DNA from: an uncultured virus (IMG/VR IMGVR_UViG_3300043568_001465)
Lineage: Duplodnaviria > Heunggongvirae > Uroviricota > Caudoviricetes
Strand: one strand, 5' to 3'
Length of the DNA: 20,000 nucleotides
IMG/VR virus record: IMGVR_UViG_3300043568_001465
The notes under the pieces are model-generated. The model was not told the DNA's origin and ran no database searches. It was given only the letters and a program-made list of their open reading frames with translations. Made by a program: the position numbers and the translations under genes. Shown piece by piece: positions 1 through 9,500 of this stretch (its first letter is position 1; each line of letters opens with the position of its first letter).

Positions 1-43
1 TTCATCAGCAACAGATTTTTGTTAAAAATATTTTTTTTGATTA

Positions 44-700
44 ATGATAAAGATAGATAAAGATATAAAAGTTTGGATAACATCCGACACGCATTATTCA
101 CACAAGAATATTTGTAGAGGAACAACTAACTGGAGATTACCTGATGGTTCAAAACCAGAAGAACAAACACGCCCATTTGAGACCATTGATAAAATGAATG
201 CAGCAATCGTCAACAACATTAATAGTGTTGTTGGTCAAGACGATGTGCTAATACATTTAGGTGATTGGTCCTTTGGTGGGTTTGAAAACATCGAGGAATT
301 CTATCATAGATTAATCTGTAAGAATATTCATTTAATATTGGGTAACCACGACCATCACATCGATAGAAATAGGTCCGATATAAAGAAATTATTTACTAGT
401 GTTAGTTGGTTCGAGCAATTCGAATACCAAGGTGAAACACTTGAGTGTATGCATTATCCAATTAGTTCTTGGAACGCGCTTAGAAAGGGTAGAATACACC
501 TTCACGGTCATTGTCATCTACCTAACCATCTAAAGATAAGTAATGGTAGGAGAATGGACGTTGGTTTAGATGGTCATCTAGAGTTCCGACCATATGATTT
601 GCATCGTGAGGTAATCAATCCATTAAAGAGATTACAGATAGGATCTGAGTTAGGTGCATTAGACCACCATATCGATTTATTAGGACACGAGAAACAATGA
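44..700 (+). CDS. Calcineurin-like metallophosphoesterase (phage type)
   Basis: Motifs SDTH, HLGD, GNHD, MHYP and HLHGHCH occur in the canonical order. Confidence 0.9.
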   Translation: MIKIDKDIKVWITSDTHYSHKNICRGTTNWRLPDGSKPEEQTRPFETIDKMNAAIVNNINSVVGQDDVLIHLGDWSFGGFENIEEFYHRLICKNIHLILGNHDHHIDRNRSDIKKLFTSVSWFEQFEYQGETLECMHYPISSWNALRKGRIHLHGHCHLPNHLKISNGRRMDVGLDGHLEFRPYDLHREVINPLKRLQIGSELGALDHHIDLLGHEKQ

Positions 701-870
701 GAGAGTTCCCCAAACCATTAGCCAATATTATGGCTATTTTGGCTGCGTTTACATTAGGTGGATATGTTACCCAAGAGTATATGTTCAACCAACCAGTTGA
801 GGTGTCCCGCTACGTATTAACATTTGTATTCGGGTTTATATTTTATTTGTACGCAAACAAAGAGTCCTGA
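697..870 (+). CDS. Small membrane protein, 57 aa (MREFPKPLANIMAILAAFTLGG...), not in ORF track
   Basis: ATGA overlap with the upstream stop, two hydrophobic segments, and it fills the gap exactly. Confidence 0.7.
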   Translation: MREFPKPLANIMAILAAFTLGGYVTQEYMFNQPVEVSRYVLTFVFGFIFYLYANKES

Positions 871-877
871 TATTTAT
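870..877 (+). promoter_or_regulatory. Putative phage late promoter ATATTTAT-N4-ATG
   Basis: The same 8-mer lies exactly 4 nt before ATG at 882, 9591, 11870 and 14780(-). Confidence 0.65.
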
Positions 878-881
878 TGGT

Positions 882-1142
882 ATGAAATTAATTATCACAG
901 AATCCCAACTATCATTAATCCAAGAATCATCCTACAATGGTTTGTTCGAGGGTGATAGTATCCGTGTAGCATCATTTCATAGAAGAAAGATGCCAAAAGC
1001 GGTTGAAAAGAACGTATTAGCATCTATTTCAAAGCAGGTCCCAGGTAACGCAACCTCATTTAAATTAAGGGCCGGTGAATACAATGATCTCGAAATTAAT
1101 TTATTCGGACAATTATTAGTATTTTTAAGGGGAGATTATTAA
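882..1142 (+). CDS. Hypothetical phage protein with MKLIITESQL-type N-terminus
   Basis: The N-terminal motif is typical of large phage proteins and resembles the start of 9591..9848 (MKYIISEDQY). Preceded by ATATTTAT. Confidence 0.75.
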   Translation: MKLIITESQLSLIQESSYNGLFEGDSIRVASFHRRKMPKAVEKNVLASISKQVPGNATSFKLRAGEYNDLEINLFGQLLVFLRGDY

Positions 1143-1146
1143 TCCA

Positions 1147-1178
1147 TTTGTTTTTCTGGGCTTTTTTATGTATATTTG
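1147..1178 (+). promoter_or_regulatory. Bacteroidota sigma70-type promoter (TTTG ... TATATTTG)
   Basis: TAnnTTTG at 1171-1178 and TTTG at 1147-1150, upstream of ATG 1197. Confidence 0.6.
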
Positions 1179-1196
1179 AGTATCTAAACTTAAAAT

Positions 1197-1595
1197 ATGC
1201 AAAACACACAAGTGCTTATCAGTCCCTACGTATTTCCAGGTTTAAAACTTAACGGATTATCCAAAAAACAGTTTGCATTTCTTAAAAAAGCCGTCGTAAC
1301 AATTACGAGGGAAGAAATTGTTAACATCGTATTAGAAGGATGTGAAGTTACATTAGAACAATTGGTTTCCAGATGTCGTGAACGCGATATTGTTGACGCA
1401 AGAAAAATAACCTGCAAAGTTTTAAAAACAAAGTTTAACTATTCATTAAAATCTATCGGTGATTTTATTGGTGGTAGAGATCACACAACTGTGATTCATT
1501 CTATCACTGAGTTTGATTCATTGTATAGTAACAATGATGCGTTTAAAGCAAAGGCGGATAGAATTCTTGACAAGGTTGGTATTGAGATTAGATAA
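1197..1595 (+). CDS. Stand-alone DnaA C-terminal (domain IV, HTH) protein
   Basis: SRCRERDIVDARK...YSLKSIGDFIGGRDHTTVIHS matches the DnaA domain IV signature. No AAA+ domain is present. Confidence 0.88.
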   Translation: MQNTQVLISPYVFPGLKLNGLSKKQFAFLKKAVVTITREEIVNIVLEGCEVTLEQLVSRCRERDIVDARKITCKVLKTKFNYSLKSIGDFIGGRDHTTVIHSITEFDSLYSNNDAFKAKADRILDKVGIEIR

Positions 1596-1626
1596 AAATA
1601 AAAGTTAGTATAATGTAAAATTACGC

Positions 1627-2145
1627 ATGCAAACAAAAATGATTAAAGTACATCTTAAAGATGGTAAAATTTGTACAGATTTATTTGAAACCCCATCACA
1701 AGCAATAAAAAAATACGGCATAACAAACATCGCGAAACTAGAAGAAGTTAATGATAAAAAACTTATCATCACTAAACCTAGAGATTCGCAAATCATTTTA
1801 GAAGTTAGCAAGCGAACCGAAGAAGATTTAAAGTTATCTAAAGAATGTGGTTACACATTAGCATATACCAAACCATCAATGGATAAAATCTATAGCGGTA
1901 TGGTGTTTGTTGAATCATCTGATAAAAATGTGTTGGTATCAGAATTCCAACGCTTAGAGAAGTTCGATAAACTAGTACATTATCACTGGAAGAACATTGG
2001 TTACAAGCCGGCTAAAACTTGGAAGGTTGCTTTGTATCATAAGAATGCGAAGTTAATCACTAAAGAAGAAGCGGAGAAACAATATGGTAAATTAACTAAC
2101 ACCATCGGTGGTATTGGTTACATCAATAGAACAAAGGCAAAGTAA
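1627..2145 (+). CDS. Hypothetical protein
   Basis: 172-aa ORF in operon context with no recognised motif. Confidence 0.7.
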   Translation: MQTKMIKVHLKDGKICTDLFETPSQAIKKYGITNIAKLEEVNDKKLIITKPRDSQIILEVSKRTEEDLKLSKECGYTLAYTKPSMDKIYSGMVFVESSDKNVLVSEFQRLEKFDKLVHYHWKNIGYKPAKTWKVALYHKNAKLITKEEAEKQYGKLTNTIGGIGYINRTKAK

Positions 2146-2146
2146 T

Positions 2147-2764
2147 ATGAAAATATTAAACCTATATGCTGGCATCGGCGGAAACAGAAAACTCTGGGGT
2201 GATGAACATCAAGTAACTGCGGTTGAATTAAACCCTTTGATGGCAAACATTTACAAGGATTTGTTTCCGAATGATGAATTGGTTATTGGAGATGCTCACG
2301 AATATTTGCGTTTACATTATAAAGAATTTGATTTTATCTGGACATCTCCGCCATGTCAAAGTCACTCATCATTTCGCCATAACATATGTGTTCGCTTTAG
2401 AGGAACCGAAGCTCATTACCCTGACATGAAATTGTACGAGGAGATTATATTCCTTAAACATCATGCACAGGGATTATGGGTTGTTGAGAATGTTAAACCA
2501 TACTATGAACCGCTTATCAAAGGTAATCTTATTCAGCGACATTTGTTCTGGAGTAATTTTGATATCCCAAATATTGAAATGAAGAAGGATGTAATTAGAA
2601 AAGCACAGATACCCGACCTAGAGAAGCATCATGGTTATGATTTATCAATGTACAAGTTACCGAATAAACGTCAAGTGTTAAGGAACTGTGTATACCCAGA
2701 ACTAGGTAAGCACGTATTTGATTCAGCACTTGTTAAAACCGTGGAAAATGTTACCCAAGCGTAA
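2147..2764 (+). CDS. Short C5-cytosine DNA methyltransferase
   Basis: Motif I LYAGIGG, IV SPPCQ, VI VENV, VIII QRHLFW and X LRNCV. The start is moved to ATG 2147, just after the upstream stop. Confidence 0.88.
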   Translation: MKILNLYAGIGGNRKLWGDEHQVTAVELNPLMANIYKDLFPNDELVIGDAHEYLRLHYKEFDFIWTSPPCQSHSSFRHNICVRFRGTEAHYPDMKLYEEIIFLKHHAQGLWVVENVKPYYEPLIKGNLIQRHLFWSNFDIPNIEMKKDVIRKAQIPDLEKHHGYDLSMYKLPNKRQVLRNCVYPELGKHVFDSALVKTVENVTQA

Positions 2765-2969
2765 AAGATTTTTCTTTCACTATTTTAAACAACGTAATTG
2801 TATGAGTATTCACTTTGATAAAAAATGCACACAGGTAGATGACGTTATATGTTTTGTTCCGACCGAAACAAAATGGAATAAAACACAACCTCATTTAGTT
2901 TTGCGTGGGTTTGCACATTCAGTTGAGATTATTCAAGAAGATAACCATACAGTTGCTCACATCCGTTAA
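2748..2969 (+). CDS. Hypothetical phage protein
   Basis: ATG 2748 overlaps the end of the MTase gene. Sequence begins MLPKRKRFFFHYFKQ. Confidence 0.7.
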   Translation: MLPKRKRFFFHYFKQRNCMSIHFDKKCTQVDDVICFVPTETKWNKTQPHLVLRGFAHSVEIIQEDNHTVAHIR

Positions 2970-2978
2970 TACTTTTAT

Positions 2979-3107
2979 ATGAAAAGCAAAACAAAAAAAC
3001 AAAAACCGAAGGTAGAACCAATTAATCCAATTAATTATTCTCATAGAATAAAACTTATGGATCAGTTGCTGATGGATATCGCAATGATGAAAAAACAAAA
3101 AAGATGA
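2979..3107 (+). CDS. Small basic protein, 42 aa (MKSKTKKQKPK...), not in ORF track
   Basis: Fills the gap, and its stop overlaps the next ATG (ATGA at 3104-3107). Confidence 0.5.
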   Translation: MKSKTKKQKPKVEPINPINYSHRIKLMDQLLMDIAMMKKQKR

Positions 3108-3388
3108 AAAAGTTAATTATATTTTTAATGTTATTGGGAGTGGTAACATTAGAGGCAAAACCAAAGTATCGAATAGAAACTTGGTATTTGAATGGACAAA
3201 AACAATACTTAGCACAAAGAAAAGTTTGGGCTAGTACAAATTATTTCCCATTACCCTATAAAATATGGGTATCTGGGGCTTACCCTTTTAATTATCAATC
3301 ACAAGCTGAAGATGTTATTAGAAATTGGGAAGAAAACGAACAAAATAGAAAAAAAAATAAAAAATCTGAATTTATTTATATGAATTAA
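3104..3388 (+). CDS. Hypothetical secreted protein
   Basis: MKKLIIFLMLLGVVTLEA looks like a signal peptide. Confidence 0.7.
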   Translation: MKKLIIFLMLLGVVTLEAKPKYRIETWYLNGQKQYLAQRKVWASTNYFPLPYKIWVSGAYPFNYQSQAEDVIRNWEENEQNRKKNKKSEFIYMN

Positions 3389-3430
3389 AAATTCAGTACT
3401 TATACTGAATTTATTTCAAAATATTTTGTA

Positions 3431-3438
3431 TATTTTTG
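3431..3438 (+). promoter_or_regulatory. Bacteroidota-type -7 box TATTTTTG
   Basis: TAnnTTTG in an intergenic gap 20 nt upstream of ATG 3459. Confidence 0.55.
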
Positions 3439-3458
3439 TGATATAAAAAGTAAATATT

Positions 3459-4109
3459 ATGACTAACACACAATCACACGCGGAAAAAGAATTAGAAATT
3501 CTAGCTGATAACACACCAGACGCTGTTATATTGGAATTTAAGGATGAACTATTGGCGTTGTGTGAAAAGTTTGGTAACAGTGGGCAAAGCGGTGGATCTG
3601 CGCCGTATGTTGCTGGAGCATTATCTTCTGCGGTAAAGAAGTTATGCTTACAACAAACCATCGCGCCATTAACTGGTGAAGATAGTGAATGGTGTGATGT
3701 TACTGAGCAAAGTAATGGTGAAATGTTATATCAGAACAAAAGAAACTCCGCAGTATTCAAAGATGAACAAGGTGTATGGTATCTAGATGCAATTGTATGG
3801 TGTGCTGATACACCTGGTGATAGCGGAAACAATTGGGACAACTTCAGTGGTACTGTTGAAGGCATTAAAAGTAGAGGTTACATTAAAGAGTTTCCATTTG
3901 AACCTAAAACGTTTCGTATCAACGTAACAAGAGAGATGCTTCCATCTGATTGGGACCAAGAACCATTTTATCAAGATAGTGATTATTATATCACATCTGA
4001 GTTTGAGGAAACTGGTATAAGGAGATGGATTCCAGGTGACAAATATCGTTATATCATTAAAGATATGAAGCAATTGGATGAAGTATTTGAATACTATCAA
4101 AAGAAATAA
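3459..4109 (+). CDS. Hypothetical phage protein
   Basis: 216-aa ORF containing GQSGGSA and LYQNKRNSAVFKD segments. Function unknown. Confidence 0.75.
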   Translation: MTNTQSHAEKELEILADNTPDAVILEFKDELLALCEKFGNSGQSGGSAPYVAGALSSAVKKLCLQQTIAPLTGEDSEWCDVTEQSNGEMLYQNKRNSAVFKDEQGVWYLDAIVWCADTPGDSGNNWDNFSGTVEGIKSRGYIKEFPFEPKTFRINVTREMLPSDWDQEPFYQDSDYYITSEFEETGIRRWIPGDKYRYIIKDMKQLDEVFEYYQKK

Positions 4110-4111
4110 CT

Positions 4112-4534
4112 ATGGAAATTAATAATAAGATATTTTACTTTAGTATTAAGAAAGCCAAGGACTGTTTGTTTTCTAGAAGAAACGGCTATCAAGGTATATT
4201 ATTGTTTGGGTATTCAATCTTTCTTAGTATCAAATATATCGAACAAAGAAAAACTGATAAGCGTTTTAATGCTGCGGTGATAGAACCATTATCAAAAAAG
4301 ATACAAGAAGAAATAGACAGACAGGTAGTTGAAGAAGTAACTAACTTAGCTATTCAATATAAAAGATATGTGGAGCATTGGGGTGATCCTATTGACCCTA
4401 TTAATTATAAGTTATATAGTATGGAAACGGACATGCCATGCTTTCATACTGAGAATAGATTATTCACTATAAAGGAGTTTGAATGCCAGCGCTTCAGTAA
4501 TAAAGCATTTAGAGAGATGTGGGAATTAAAATGA
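4112..4534 (+). CDS. Hypothetical protein
   Basis: 140-aa ORF, tightly packed with its neighbours. Confidence 0.6.
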   Translation: MEINNKIFYFSIKKAKDCLFSRRNGYQGILLFGYSIFLSIKYIEQRKTDKRFNAAVIEPLSKKIQEEIDRQVVEEVTNLAIQYKRYVEHWGDPIDPINYKLYSMETDMPCFHTENRLFTIKEFECQRFSNKAFREMWELK

Positions 4535-4540
4535 TAACCA

Positions 4541-4738
4541 ATGAAAACAGCAGTACAGTGGTTAAAAGAACAATATATTGACCGTGGTGAAACAATACCA
4601 TCAGGTGTATTCCAAGAAGCACTTGAAAAAGAAAAAGAGCAGATAATAGATGCGGCAAAGTCCTGTAATTATATTGGTGGTGCAACAAATATAGAAGCCG
4701 AAGAATACTACAACCAAACCTATAACCAAAACAAATAA
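4541..4738 (+). CDS. Small phage protein (KTAVQWL...ALEKEKEQIIDA...AEEYYNQTY type)
   Basis: This pattern is common among small proteins of Bacteroidota phages (recall, not a search). Confidence 0.75.
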   Translation: MKTAVQWLKEQYIDRGETIPSGVFQEALEKEKEQIIDAAKSCNYIGGATNIEAEEYYNQTYNQNK

Positions 4739-4741
4739 CCT

Positions 4742-4987
4742 ATGACACCTAAAGAAGAAGCGAGAAAGGTAACTCTTAAAAACTTAAAAGGGATCAGAGA
4801 TAGTACTTCGCTAGAAACCAGTATAAGAATCGGCATATCAATGGCTGATTATGATAACTGGGACAATGGTGATTACAATGGTGATAGAGATTTAATTAAT
4901 AGACAGGTTGATATTGTTTTATCTAATATTGAAGAATGGGTAAAAAACAATTATATTAATCCAATAAGAAAAAAAGATGAACTATGA
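4742..4987 (+). CDS. Hypothetical protein (MTPKEEA start)
   Basis: 81-aa ORF in an operon. Confidence 0.65.
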   Translation: MTPKEEARKVTLKNLKGIRDSTSLETSIRIGISMADYDNWDNGDYNGDRDLINRQVDIVLSNIEEWVKNNYINPIRKKDEL

Positions 4988-5070
4988 TAAAACAATTTTT
5001 CAAGGATTTTCTGCTTGGCTTAAAAATTGCAGAGGAAAACCGTCACAAATGTCAAATAGGTAAAATATGA
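4984..5070 (+). CDS. Small protein, 28 aa (MIKQFFKDFLLGLKIAEE...), not in ORF track
   Basis: ATGA overlaps at both ends (4984-4987 and 5067-5070). Confidence 0.5.
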   Translation: MIKQFFKDFLLGLKIAEENRHKCQIGKI

Positions 5071-5276
5071 TCTTCATTAAGAATAGGTTCAAGGATAGAT
5101 GTCGATTAGGGATTGGCTCGAGCTTTATTTTTTCTGGGGATTATTGCACGGTGGTTAAAATGGGATATAATGGATTTAAGTACACCAATCAATCCAAACC
5201 CAATGCCGATTGCTATATGGAGTATCAATTTTATTTAAAAACCCCGTCTGCTGCCGGCAGACAATTAAATCGATAA
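5067..5276 (+). CDS. Hypothetical protein
   Basis: 69-aa ORF with a coupled start. Confidence 0.6.
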   Translation: MIFIKNRFKDRCRLGIGSSFIFSGDYCTVVKMGYNGFKYTNQSKPNADCYMEYQFYLKTPSAAGRQLNR

Positions 5277-5280
5277 TAAC

Positions 5281-5388
5281 ATGAAAATTATTTCAACAAT
5301 TGCATTAGTAGCGGTCGCAGGTTGTGTATTAACAGCAATCTATTGGGTTGTTAAAGAGTTACCAATACACAGAGACCTCGAAGAATAA
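5281..5388 (+). CDS. Small single-TM protein, 35 aa (MKIISTIALVAVAGCVLTAIYW...), not in ORF track
   Basis: Fills the gap, is hydrophobic, and stops 1 nt before ATG 5390. Confidence 0.55.
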   Translation: MKIISTIALVAVAGCVLTAIYWVVKELPIHRDLEE

Positions 5389-5389
5389 T

Positions 5390-6205
5390 ATGAGAATTTT
5401 AATAACAGGGACAAATGGTTTTATTGGTAAAAATCTATTAAACGAACTTATAAATAACCATATAATTTTAGAAATAAATGAAGATTATTTTAATTTACCT
5501 AAATGGCATGATGAAATATTTCATTTATTAAAAGATTTTATTCCCGATGTTATATTTCACGTAGGTGCTTGTTCCAATACGTTGGAAACAGATGTTAATT
5601 ACATGATGACCAGAAACTATGAATTTACTCGTTGTTTATCTGAATGGGCAAATGATATGGATAGTAAACTTATTTATTCATCATCCGCAGCTAATTACGG
5701 AACCAATGGTGTACATCCTTCTAACCTATATGGTTGGAGTAAGTATGTTGCGGAACAATTAGTAATTAAAAATGGTGGAATTGCTTTACGCTATTTTAAT
5801 GTGTATGGTCCACTAGAACATAATAAAGGAAAGATGGCGTCAGTTGCATATCAAATGTTACAAAAACAAAAAGAAGGTTTGGATATTAAATTATTTCCAC
5901 TTAAACCTAAACGAGATTTTGTTTACATAAAAGATATTATAAATGCCAACATATTTGCTATGGAAAATTATGAAGAAAATTCTGGTGATTGGTATGAAGT
6001 TGGTAGCGGTATTTCAAGAACTTTTGAAGATGTGCTAGATAATTTAAACATACAATACACATATCATGATGAAAAAGATATTCCTAATGGATATCAGTTC
6101 CATACTGAAAGTAAATCACATAAATGGATGTTTGGTTGGGAATCTAAATGGAATTTAGAAGACGGTCTTAAAGATTATATTTTTAACCTAAAAAATAAAA
6201 GATAA
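5390..6205 (+). CDS. hldD: NAD-dependent epimerase, ADP-L-glycero-D-manno-heptose 6-epimerase-like
   Basis: Motifs ITGTNGFIG, FHVGACSNT, YSSSAANYG, YGWSK, LRYFNVYGP.E..KGKMASV and RDFVYI. Start moved to ATG 5390. Confidence 0.82.
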   Translation: MRILITGTNGFIGKNLLNELINNHIILEINEDYFNLPKWHDEIFHLLKDFIPDVIFHVGACSNTLETDVNYMMTRNYEFTRCLSEWANDMDSKLIYSSSAANYGTNGVHPSNLYGWSKYVAEQLVIKNGGIALRYFNVYGPLEHNKGKMASVAYQMLQKQKEGLDIKLFPLKPKRDFVYIKDIINANIFAMENYEENSGDWYEVGSGISRTFEDVLDNLNIQYTYHDEKDIPNGYQFHTESKSHKWMFGWESKWNLEDGLKDYIFNLKNKR

Positions 6206-6206
6206 T

Positions 6207-6410
6207 ATGAAAACGCTATTTTTAATCTATTGGTTGCTAACAACCATCGCCGGTGTTTATTTGATTATTAAAACCCCACCAGATAGAAAATATCAGGATG
6301 ATGAGTTTTCATTGCTGGATGTTATGGCGTGTATTTTTCCATGTGCATGTATCGCCTGGGCTGTGGTTCCAATGGTATTATTACACAAAGTTAAATTTAA
6401 AAGACCATAA
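6207..6410 (+). CDS. Small two-TM membrane protein
   Basis: Two hydrophobic stretches. Confidence 0.65.
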   Translation: MKTLFLIYWLLTTIAGVYLIIKTPPDRKYQDDEFSLLDVMACIFPCACIAWAVVPMVLLHKVKFKRP

Positions 6411-6442
6411 TAGTTTCATAATCAATTAATTGTGCTTTATTT

Positions 6443-6482
6443 AAAAATATTTTTGTGAAATCAAGAATATTTTTTAGTTTTG
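6443..6482 (+). promoter_or_regulatory. Bacteroidota-type promoter (TAGTTTTG) with AAAAATATTTTT upstream
   Basis: TAnnTTTG at 6475-6482, 18 nt before ATG 6501. Confidence 0.6.
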
Positions 6483-6500
6483 TGTTTTAAATTAAACAAA

Positions 6501-9500
6501 ATGGATTATTTAGTTGATGGTTTAGGATTTGATACAGCAAAGGAACAATATTTTACTAACACCTATGCTTGGCAATATATTATCCCCGACGCAAAGAAAT
6601 CAAAAACCTTTATTGGTAAATCGGGTATAACTAAATACGATGTTAATACTGCAATGGGTGAAGCTTCACCAACAAGAGGAAGACAATTTCATCAATTAGC
6701 GTTATGGGGTTATGAAGCTGATAGAAAATACATAAAGAAAGGAACAACACAAGAACAGGCGATTGAAATAGTGAAAAAAATGGACTATTTCTTCAAGGAT
6801 GATATGGTTGAAATTGGTTGGAATTTAAGACACAATAAAGTAAGTAGAGAGATTGGAACAGAGTTTTATGAAGGTCCATCGGAAACGTGGTTAGAAACAA
6901 TAAAACAAAAATGGAATGAAGCGTTCATTAAAGCAAATCAATTAGTTATAGGTGAAGTTGATGGACAGGATTTAGGTGATATGAGTGTGATGGGTAGTCA
7001 AGGTGTGGTTACCGAACAAATCAACGAGGTATTAAATAAACATAAGAAAGTAAGAGCAATCATTCCTTGTGGATATGGTAAAGGATTTTTAGAATTTAGA
7101 GGTGTATATAAATTTGATAAAGCAAAGAAAAATAAAATCATAGTTTATTATTGCCACAACATACCCGCAACAAAACAATTATCAGTTAAACACGCAGAAT
7201 ATTCTGACGGAACAATCTATCAAGGAACAATGAATAGATATGTTGTTTGTTCTGAAAAGAAATATGTTAAAGGACAAGCGAGTTTTGGTATTGAAAACTA
7301 TTCTGCTACCGATGGAAAGTTAAAAGATATTATTAAAGAAGCGTTATTGTCTAAACAAAGAACGGCGTTTTATGTAAATAATAAAAGTGCTGGTGAGTTT
7401 AATGATACATTTAGAACTATTGCCAATCAAGTAAGATACACAAAAAAACCATTTGCGTTTATTGATGAGGAACAAGAGTTTTGTGGACACATCAGTTCAA
7501 GTAAAACTGATGCTATTTTAAATCCTATTGCTGAATATCAAGTATCATTTACCGCAACTGAAAGACAAAGAGGAACGGATAAAAATGAAGATAGAATTTA
7601 TAATGATGATGTAGAACATTTTGGTGTGGTTGCGATTGAAATTACACCATCAGAAACGATTACCGAAGGAAGAAGTTGTCCGATACATTTTAAAACTATT
7701 GAGGTTTCTGAAAATCATCAACTAATGAGACAGATTGGTGTGAATGGTATTATTGAAAGTGTATTTGGTGATGAGACAAGTGCTGCTGTTAGAGGTAGAA
7801 TGTTAAGAGCGATAGTTTGTTTAGTAAAATCAATTAAAGAAGAAGATAAAACACATCCTTTATTAGTCACCAGTTTAATTGTTGATACAGAGAACGCAAT
7901 TATTTTAATCAATAAACTTATTGAACATGGTATTATACCTAATGACTATGTTGTTGTTAGAGGTTTGAGACAAGATGGGTTAGATGAAACAAAAAGATTT
8001 AATTTATTAGAGAAAGGTATTATGGTTGGTAGTCCTTGGTTGGTGACTGGTATTGACGCTCCTAACATTGATGCTCTTGTACCGACATATGATATGGGTA
8101 GTGAAATCACTGCAACACAATTTATCGGTAGAGGACAAAGACCCGTTGATGATAAAGAATTATCTGTTTATATTCCTATTGATCCAAGTGAAACATTTAT
8201 ACCATCAATGTTGCGTGTCGCTAATAATTTTATATTGGGTGAGAACTCACATAACATCGGTAGAAATACAATATTAGAAGAAGGTGAAGTTATACTTGGT
8301 TCAATTCAAAGAAGAAGAATAACATCTGATATTGATAGAGAGGTTAATATGAATGCGGCTTATAGAAATTATTGGGATAATATCTATAATGATTTAACCA
8401 CTAATGAGATTGGAAGTGCAAGTGACTATTCACATTTTTTACCTTTTGAAGAGGCAAGAGAATATGTAAGGGGATTGGGAATAAAAACCTTAATTGAATA
8501 TGAAGAATATTGTGTCTCAGGAAATAAACCAAATTTTATACCTTCAAATGCTTATAGAGTATATCAAAACGATTGGTTAAGTTGGGGAGATTTTCTTGGC
8601 ACTAAACCTGGTTGGAAAGGAGAATATAAACCATTTGATGTGGCTCGTAAATATGTGTGGTCCTTGAATTTAAAAAACCAAGATGAATGGCAAAGATTTT
8701 CATCGTCAGGAGAAAGACCATTTGATATTCCAGCAAACCCTAAAAGTGTTTATGGAGAGGAATATATTTCAATGTACGATTGGTTGGGTACAAAAAAAGG
8801 TTGGATTGGTTATATGGATTATAATGAACTTGTTAAATATATTAAACCATTGAATATTAAAAGTAATAGTGAATGGAATGACTATTGGAAGAAAAATAAA
8901 AAACCTGATAACATTCCCGCTTGTCCACAAAACATATATAAAGAATGGGTTAGTTGGTATAAGTTTTTAGGTACTAAAGAAAAAGTTCCATATGTTTCAT
9001 ACAAAGAGGCACATAAAATTATATTAAAATTAAAACTTAAATCATTAAAAGAATGGGGAGTATGGAGTAAAACTAATAGACCTGATGGTATTCCATCTAA
9101 CCCACAATTAATTTATAAGAATGATGGTTGGGAAAGTTGGGGTGTGTTTTTAGGAACGGGTGTGATTGCTGATAAGAATAAATCTTTCTTACCATATAAA
9201 AAAGCAAGAAAGGTTATACATTTAGTTGGGCTAAAAACTGCGGCGGAATGGAGAGAGTATTCTTCATCAAATAAAAGACCTTCTAATATTCCTGCGGCAC
9301 CACAACAATATTATCAATCAACAAATGAATGGGTAAGTTGGGGTGATTGGTTAGGTAATGGTGGAATAAACAATAAAGATAAGTATTCAAAAAAAGAAAT
9401 TGATTACGCAAAAAAATTACTTAAAAGTGGAATAACACAAGATGAGGTGAGAGAAAAAACAGGTATGTCAAGACATATGATGTGGAAATTAAGTAGTGAA

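Noticed and set aside
1603..1630. dif-like sequence AGTTAGTATAA-TGTAAAA-TTACGCATGC
   Set aside because: The central spacer is 7 rather than 6 nt, the arms match poorly, and it is far from the skew switch.
8436..9360. DGR template/variable repeat or DNA-level tandem repeat in the helicase tail
   Set aside because: The similarity is at protein level only, with no adenine-specific mismatched pair and no reverse transcriptase in the window.
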